In this document: positions 26,957 to 32,000 of the stretch, one piece after another
Numbering within the stretch: position 1 is the first letter of the stretch
How the letters are laid out: each line of letters begins with the position of its first letter
From: Candidatus Lokiarchaeum ossiferum
GTDB taxonomy: Archaea; Asgardarchaeota; Lokiarchaeia; Sigyniarchaeales; Promethearchaeaceae
Reading direction: 5' to 3'
Assembly: GCA_025839675.1 (NCBI GenBank)
Contig: CP104013.1
Span: 1,080,001-1,112,000, forward strand
DNA: 32,000 bases
The notes under the pieces: generated by a model
Database searches by the model: none
Told to the model about the DNA's origin: nothing
What the model saw: the letters and a program-made list of their open reading frames with translations, nothing else
Translations under genes and position numbers: made by a program

Positions 26957-28093
26957 TTAGATCTGCCATTGCCCAGCTTCATAAATGACAATATCATCGG
27001 CTATTATTTTAGATTCTGAAGACTTCATATCTTTTAAAATATCCCAATGAATTGTACAATTAGTATTGGTACTTCCAGTTTTCGCAAATCCCATACCTAG
27101 TGCCATATGCATAGTTCCACCCATTTTTTCATCAAAAAGCATATTCTTTGTAAATTTTGAAATTCCATAGTTGGTTCCAATTGCAAATTCACCTATTAGA
27201 TCAGCTCCTTCGATAGATAATATTGAATCAAGCAATTCTTGACCTTCTTCAGCAGTTCCTTTTATAACACGCCCATCTTTGAAATCTAAACGGATATTTT
27301 TAATTTCTTTTCCTTGATAAATCCCCGGATATGTAAATCTAATATAACCATTAATTGAAGTCTCAACTGGACTGGTGTAAACTTCTCCGTCCGGCAAATT
27401 TCTATGACCGCAACAATTTTCCCATTTTCGACCATTTACCGATAGATGAAGATCAGTATCTTCACCAAGAACATGAATTTCTTGGACAGAATTTAAATAT
27501 TCAATTATTTCATCTTGTTTTTCTTCTGTCATCTTCCAATATTCAGCCGGATCTTCTTCATCGAGCTTTAGAGCACTATAAACAAAGGACTTGTATGCAC
27601 GAGTATCCATTTTTGCATCTTGAGCATAACTATCACATGGATACGGCACAATTACCCATCTCAATTCCCCATTAGCTACACGTTCAGAAAATATTTTTTG
27701 CAATTCTTTCCTTTTAGGCGAATTTTGAGCAAGTTTCATTTTTTCCGGATCAATTAGAGCCATTTTTTGACGGTTGTGATCTGCAAAAATATTAATCATA
27801 ACATCATAGGTCTTAAAAATAGTTTCACGAACAGGGCTGAGAAATCGTATTTGTTCATCATTCCCATATCTATACTTGTCAACAAAAGCTCCATGATAAT
27901 AAGGGATAACAAGGGGATGTGCACCTGCTTTATAACATTCAATTGCAAGTTCTCGCATGAGCTCACTTGCAACTATATCACCTTCAATGAGCACTTTATC
28001 ACCGTGCTTGACATTTACGGCATATCTAATGGCTAATTGGGATACTTTTTCATTGAAATCAGATGTATTCAATTCAGTTTGCATTTTTTTCAC
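26957..28093 (-). CDS. M29 family aminopeptidase, paralog 4
   Basis: NLPDGEVYTSPVE, GEFAIGTNY, LFDEKMGGTMHMALG and IHWDILKD. The start is either the GTG at 28093 or the ATG at 28084 (MQTELNTSDFNEK). It has an N-terminal extension of about 10 aa relative to paralogs 1-3. Confidence 0.9.
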   Translation of the reverse strand: MKKMQTELNTSDFNEKVSQLAIRYAVNVKHGDKVLIEGDIVASELMRELAIECYKAGAHPLVIPYYHGAFVDKYRYGNDEQIRFLSPVRETIFKTYDVMINIFADHNRQKMALIDPEKMKLAQNSPKRKELQKIFSERVANGELRWVIVPYPCDSYAQDAKMDTRAYKSFVYSALKLDEEDPAEYWKMTEEKQDEIIEYLNSVQEIHVLGEDTDLHLSVNGRKWENCCGHRNLPDGEVYTSPVETSINGYIRFTYPGIYQGKEIKNIRLDFKDGRVIKGTAEEGQELLDSILSIEGADLIGEFAIGTNYGISKFTKNMLFDEKMGGTMHMALGMGFAKTGSTNTNCTIHWDILKDMKSSESKIIADDIVIYEAGQWQI

Positions 28094-28187
28094 ATTACTA
28101 ATTTTTTTAGATATATCTGATGATTATATATAGTGTGTATAATTTAAAAATGATGTGTATTCATAATACCTAAAAAGACATTATTGT
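28094..28187 (-). promoter_or_regulatory. aminopeptidase-4 promoter/leader module with direct repeats bracketing a TATA-like box
   Basis: On the minus strand: ATACACA - TTTTTAAATT - ATACACAC - TATATATAA - ... AGATATATCT ... GTG. Plus-strand repeats are AGTGTGTAT at 28132-28140 and GATGTGTAT at 28152-28160. The layout is conserved in the copy at 22672-22790. Confidence 0.55.
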
Positions 28188-28279
28188 GTTTGGTTGTGGT
28201 TCAAGTCTGATTATAGGCTCCAAAATTGTTAAGAGCCATTTAAATTAATTTTCTTTAGAAAATAATTTACCATCCTACA

Positions 28280-28441
28280 ATGAAAATGCTTGGTTGTTCA
28301 GATGGGATACTAGCAAGTAATAAAACGATCAGTTTCTGCATCTGCACAGGCATTTTTTCTACATCAGTACACGCATTGTTAACTACTGCATTATTGACAG
28401 GAAAAGTAATTACATTTTATTTACACCATGGAGAATTCTGA
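28280..28441 (+). CDS. unannotated small ORF, 53 aa hydrophobic Cys/Ser/Thr-rich peptide
   Basis: The peptide is MKMLGCSDGILASNKTISFCICTGIFSTSVHALLTTALLTGKVITFYLHHGEF. It is below the ORF-track length cutoff. TTTAAATT (28239-28246) ends 33 nt upstream of the ATG. A T11 tract at 28466-28476 follows the stop. Local G+C looks higher than the surrounding spacer. Confidence 0.35.
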   Translation: MKMLGCSDGILASNKTISFCICTGIFSTSVHALLTTALLTGKVITFYLHHGEF

Positions 28442-28465
28442 ATCTGAAATTTTGAAAAAAATTTA

Positions 28466-28476
28466 TTTTTTTTTTT
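28466..28476 (+). terminator. T11 tract downstream of the 53-aa ORF
   Basis: Eleven consecutive T residues, 25 nt after the TGA at 28439-28441. Confidence 0.35.
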
Positions 28477-28688
28477 AACAAATATTTGTTTATATAATTA
28501 AACACTTATTATATCCACTTATGAGTTATAATTACAAGCTTGCATTTATTTTTCTGAGAAATAGGAGAATAATGGTAAGTTTTTTTTTCTGACGGGAGAG
28601 GTTTTTATAGTTAAATTGTTATTAAATATTTAGGAAATTTTTAATAATTAAACAATCAAAATAATTAAATTAGAGGAGGATAGAATCG

Positions 28689-29387
28689 ATGAGTGAACTC
28701 ATGAAAAGAACTCGCTTTTGGAACGAATCCGTTCTGAATGTGAAATTAATTCAACCAACTTTGCTATATTTTCAAGATATTCATTCTGATGAAAAATTTA
28801 ATAGTTATTCTCACCTTGTTGGAACCATTTTAAGTATATTCGGTTCCATTTACTTGATTTTTCGATCTTTCTCTTCATGGAAATTAATGATTTTCTCAGT
28901 AATCTATGGAATTTCCACCACATTTCTTTTTTTAGCCAGTACTTTATGGCATTCTCAGAAACAAACTATAGGTAAAGCTTCAATCTGGCAAAAACTAGAT
29001 CACATAGCAATAGTTTTACTTATTAGCTCTACTCGAAATTGGATCTGGATTATGAACCCAGATCTAAATATTGAAACACTAATTTATCACTGGATAATTA
29101 CTCTGGTGATAATTGCAATATTTGCTGCTCTAAACCACATTCCTCGTTGGACATACGCAGTAATTTATGTCTTTTTAGGATGGATATCTCTTTACTATCT
29201 CGCACCCATTTTTTCTTATCTCCCTATTGAAGCCATTGGGTTAATGATTGGAGGAGGAATATTATATACAATCGGAGCGATATTATTTGTATTAAAAAAA
29301 CCCACATACTTCCATGAGATATTTCATGTATTAGTATTGATTGCTTCCGGTTTTTTTTATGTTGCGATTGTTCAGGTGGCTTTTTAA
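28689..29387 (+). CDS. hemolysin III / PAQR family membrane protein
   Basis: Family motifs in order: EKFNSYSHLVG, ASTLWHS, LDHIAI and C-terminal HEIFHVLVL. Seven hydrophobic segments. GAGGAGGA lies 8 nt upstream of the ATG. Confidence 0.85.
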   Translation: MSELMKRTRFWNESVLNVKLIQPTLLYFQDIHSDEKFNSYSHLVGTILSIFGSIYLIFRSFSSWKLMIFSVIYGISTTFLFLASTLWHSQKQTIGKASIWQKLDHIAIVLLISSTRNWIWIMNPDLNIETLIYHWIITLVIIAIFAALNHIPRWTYAVIYVFLGWISLYYLAPIFSYLPIEAIGLMIGGGILYTIGAILFVLKKPTYFHEIFHVLVLIASGFFYVAIVQVAF

Positions 29388-30542
29388 TATAAAAATAAGC
29401 CCTAAAAGACTAAAAATTACTATAGAAATAACGGGACTAGATATAGAAGATGTTTTTGTTTCGGATATCACCAAGTATAGAGGGAAAGACTGCAAGGTTT
29501 CAACAGAACCATTTACAGCTGAAATCATAAAAAAATATGTTCCAACAGAATTTAAGGTTAGCGTGTATGATGGTTTTAAAATTCTTTTCGGTGATTTTTC
29601 ATTCATGTAAAGAAGAAAATGATCATAGGACTCATTGAAATCCCATTCCAAATGGATTTTCCCTGGTTCAATCCGTTGGCTTGAATTAAGCCATATTGGA
29701 ATTTCTTGGTATACTTCATTACTGAGTTTTGATGTCAATTTCCATTGACCAATCTCCTCCAAAACCGTATCACTCGCAATTTTTTGGATTTTTTGAGCTT
29801 CCTTCGGATCAATACTGGCAAAAAAAGATGTAGAACAATTTTCTTGAAATATAGAAACAAATACAACGGCAGCACCCATATATGACCCTAAAGGAGCAGG
29901 ATGTGCATTATCTGCACCAAATAACTTATTTTTATAAGATTGATCCTGTCCAATTAAGTTTTCCCATGCAACTCCAATAGGCACTATTGCCACTTGCGTG
30001 TGAGATGCAATATACATAGTACCAGTCTTGATTTTTGTCATATAATCTGAATAAGAATAATGAACAAATTCTCCATGAATTTCCTGTATAGATACTCCAT
30101 CTCTAAGTCCCCATACCATGAAATATAATATAGTAGCATAAGGGGATTTGCGAGTAATTTCTTTTTTGAAAGCATTGATCAAATTGATTTCTTTTTCGTA
30201 TAAATCTGGAAAAGCAGATGTATCATCCGATTGCAGAATAATGAAATCCCATTGTTGAGAATTTATCTTTTGCAAAACTATAGCACTCTGAAGCAATTTA
30301 GTAAGACTCGCGCCATATACTAAAGCAGAGTCGACATTCACATTTTTTTCGGCAGAATTTGAGAAGTTTTGGAATAATTGAGGCATATCATGATAACCTG
30401 TTAAACTGTTCCCAATAAATAGAATTGAAACATTGTCAGTATTATCCATAGGAATAATTGGTACACATAGGGCAGATGCGAAATGCATGGAAATAATTAT
30501 GGTTGATAATAGAGGAAAAAAGAGTAAGATGGGTTTTTTCAT
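29331..30542 (-). CDS. secreted/anchored SGNH-like hydrolase (DUF4886-like) with Fn3-like domain and C-terminal TM anchor
   Basis: N-terminal signal-like segment, block I ILFIGNSLTGYHDMPQ, and the WDFIILQSDD block. An Ig/Fn3-like stretch (PGKIHLEWDF...GTYFFMISAVNG) precedes the C-terminal helix PVISIVIFSLLGLIFIL. Confidence 0.7.
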   Translation of the reverse strand: MKKPILLFFPLLSTIIISMHFASALCVPIIPMDNTDNVSILFIGNSLTGYHDMPQLFQNFSNSAEKNVNVDSALVYGASLTKLLQSAIVLQKINSQQWDFIILQSDDTSAFPDLYEKEINLINAFKKEITRKSPYATILYFMVWGLRDGVSIQEIHGEFVHYSYSDYMTKIKTGTMYIASHTQVAIVPIGVAWENLIGQDQSYKNKLFGADNAHPAPLGSYMGAAVVFVSIFQENCSTSFFASIDPKEAQKIQKIASDTVLEEIGQWKLTSKLSNEVYQEIPIWLNSSQRIEPGKIHLEWDFNESYDHFLLYMNEKSPKRILKPSYTLTLNSVGTYFFMISAVNGSVETLQSFPLYLVISETKTSSISSPVISIVIFSLLGLIFILKSHLNNRNIKKTGSNQY

Positions 30543-30687
30543 ACTTGATTCTCAGGTATGTACTGAAAATATGATTAATTAAAACTCAGTATTTAATTTG
30601 AATTTCATTCAGAAAAAATAGTACTTGTATCGACATTCTATTTAAGAAAAAACCGTGATTTTTTGGAATTAGCCTTTTTTTTTTATT

Positions 30688-31146
30688 TCACTTTATGGAA
30701 TGATTAGTGGTGGTTTTCAATATTTTGCGTATAATAGCCTTTTCTTCAGGAGTATGGACTATCTTTACATAGCCAAATATTAATACACCAATTACTAGAA
30801 TCCCAATTGGTTCTAAATAGGTTAGTTCAAATCTAAAACACAAAAATAATAGAATTGTTTCAAGAGTGCCAAAGGAATACATTATTATTAGACTAATATT
30901 ATATTTACGGAATATAACTCGGATGAATTCACTATCATATGACTCTAAACTAGATTTTCTTAACACTTGTTGTTCTTTGATAATCGGGACGGATAATAAT
31001 ACAGTGGCAATTATCGTAGGTAATGAAATCATGAGTGCAGATATAAGATTACGTTGACTTCCAATAATTATCAATATGACAATGTATATGATGAGACTTG
31101 ATAGAAGCAAAAATACTTTCAGTTTTATGCTTTTAATTGTGATCAC
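30688..31146 (-). CDS. small polytopic membrane protein (about 4 TM), unknown family
   Basis: 152 aa, GTG start, hydrophobic helices separated by short basic loops. No motif recognised. Confidence 0.45.
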   Translation of the reverse strand: MITIKSIKLKVFLLLSSLIIYIVILIIIGSQRNLISALMISLPTIIATVLLSVPIIKEQQVLRKSSLESYDSEFIRVIFRKYNISLIIMYSFGTLETILLFLCFRFELTYLEPIGILVIGVLIFGYVKIVHTPEEKAIIRKILKTTTNHSIK

Positions 31147-31236
31147 TTGTTAATTCAACCCGCAAGTTAAGAATTTGATGAAGTAGCTTATCGTTTTAAC
31201 TTATTTAAATGACTCATTTTCTGAGAAGCTTATATT

Positions 31237-32000
31237 TTATTTTTTGGAAATTTCTTGATCGAGGAGAATCAAGTAATTTTTGATCATTTCAAAGCTAATA
31301 TTCAGAGATATGGAATCAAGGTTGGTGAGATCATCCTTTCGCGAATGATAATTCCGCGGTTTGGTTTTGCCTTCATAGAGGATGTAAAAACTTGATGGAA
31401 TCCCAACATGCGCAAATCGACCGGCATCTGATCCAGCAAAAGGAAGGGCGACAATCGAACATGGCAGGGCTTGAAAATTGGTTTTTTCTTCAGATTGTTG
31501 TTGATTATACATTTTATTGGCTTGGAGTAGTCGATTACACACTTCTGGATGATGTTTCGCATTATGCATAAATTCTTTGGAAATAATAAACACCCGGTCT
31601 CCTGCACCCACACTTTCAGGAATGACGGCTTGGGAAAAATTTGGATGAATTTCGCCAGATTTTAAATATTTTTTCACAAAAGCATGGGCACCTCGTTCAC
31701 CACATTCTTCGCTTCCAAAAGATCCGGCCCATAATTCAACATTTTTTAACCGATTTTCTGATTTAGAAAAATAATCCGTCAAAGCAAGGGAAATACCGAC
31801 ACCTGAAAGATTATCATTTGCCCCAATTACGGGATCTCCCGATATTAAGCCATTAAGAAGATAAAGAAAACAGGGCAATCCTATTAAAGAGATTCCAATA
31901 AAAATCAGATCAATATATGTAAAAAGCAAAAATGAATTTGAATAGAGAGGATTTTGCACCCATATCAGATTACTTTGGGAAAGAAACAACTTTAAAATGA
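31237..32000 (-). CDS. M28 family metallopeptidase (partial; reading frame stays open to the window edge)
   Basis: GANDNLSGVGISLAL (GAxDNxSG bridging Asp), GSEECGERGAH (Glu-Glu), and later YHSRKD. The first His/Asp ligand region expected upstream is not seen, and no stop occurs between 31989 and 32000, so the N-terminus probably lies outside the window. Confidence 0.75.
   Translation of the reverse strand, partial: ILKLFLSQSNLIWVQNPLYSNSFLLFTYIDLIFIGISLIGLPCFLYLLNGLISGDPVIGANDNLSGVGISLALTDYFSKSENRLKNVELWAGSFGSEECGERGAHAFVKKYLKSGEIHPNFSQAVIPESVGAGDRVFIISKEFMHNAKHHPEVCNRLLQANKMYNQQQSEEKTNFQALPCSIVALPFAGSDAGRFAHVGIPSSFYILYEGKTKPRNYHSRKDDLTNLDSISLNISFEMIKNYLILLDQEISKK

Noticed and set aside
28198-28207. 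ggttcaagtc resembles a tRNA T-loop (GGTTCAAGTC), hinting at a tRNA or tRNA-fragment attachment site
   Set aside because: The flanking bases cannot form the 5-bp T stem (tgtgg vs ctgat do not pair). No acceptor or anticodon arms can be built on either strand.
1-32000. Search for tRNA, rRNA, CRISPR arrays or long tandem repeats
   Set aside because: I found no regularly spaced direct repeats, no cloverleaf-compatible GC-rich islands and no rRNA-like conserved blocks by eye. This is a manual scan, so small RNAs could be missed.

Overview
This is an AT-rich prokaryotic chromosomal segment (about one-third G+C by eye), densely coding on both strands, with about 35 supportable genes. I found no rRNA, tRNA or CRISPR array. 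The signal grammar looks archaeal: TATA-like boxes sit 27-33 nt upstream of several start codons, and T11-T12 tracts follow stop codons without hairpins. GGAGG-type ribosome-binding motifs also occur, so taxonomy cannot be fixed from this window.

Gene content, left to right:
- An MBL-fold hydrolase.
- An ABC-2 exporter pair, divergently paired with two overlapping GbsR/MarR-like winged-helix regulators. A 22-nt inverted repeat lies in the shared control region.
- A DUF1801 protein.
- A methyl-accepting chemotaxis protein plus a PAS histidine kinase, with no Che proteins or response regulator nearby.
- Two membrane proteins.
- A minus-strand redox/detox cluster: PNPOx-like, nitroreductase, alpha/beta hydrolase and DJ-1.
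- An amidohydrolase divergent from a membrane-anchored penicillin/AHL-acylase-family Ntn hydrolase, which has a coupled small membrane protein.
- The most unusual region (19.6-28.2 kb): four paralogous, apparently intact M29 aminopeptidase genes with an Asp/Glu-type racemase among them.
- A hemolysin-III (PAQR) protein, an anchored SGNH/DUF4886-like hydrolase and a partial M28 peptidase.

The paralog array records its own history:
- The promoter plus first ~110 nt of aminopeptidase 4 is duplicated upstream of aminopeptidase 1 as a decayed relic.
- A 1836-bp DDE insertion sequence split that relic, and its empty site is preserved in the intact paralogous copy.
- Both promoter copies conserve a direct repeat, AGTGTGTAT, that brackets a TATA-like box. 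This is a candidate operator.

Two compact small ORFs (77 aa Cys-rich; 53 aa hydrophobic, below the ORF-track cutoff) have their own TATA-like boxes; the 53-aa one also has a T11 tract. I see no recognisable defence, toxin-antitoxin or secondary-metabolite machinery. The novelty claims are modest and rest mostly on directly visible repeats.
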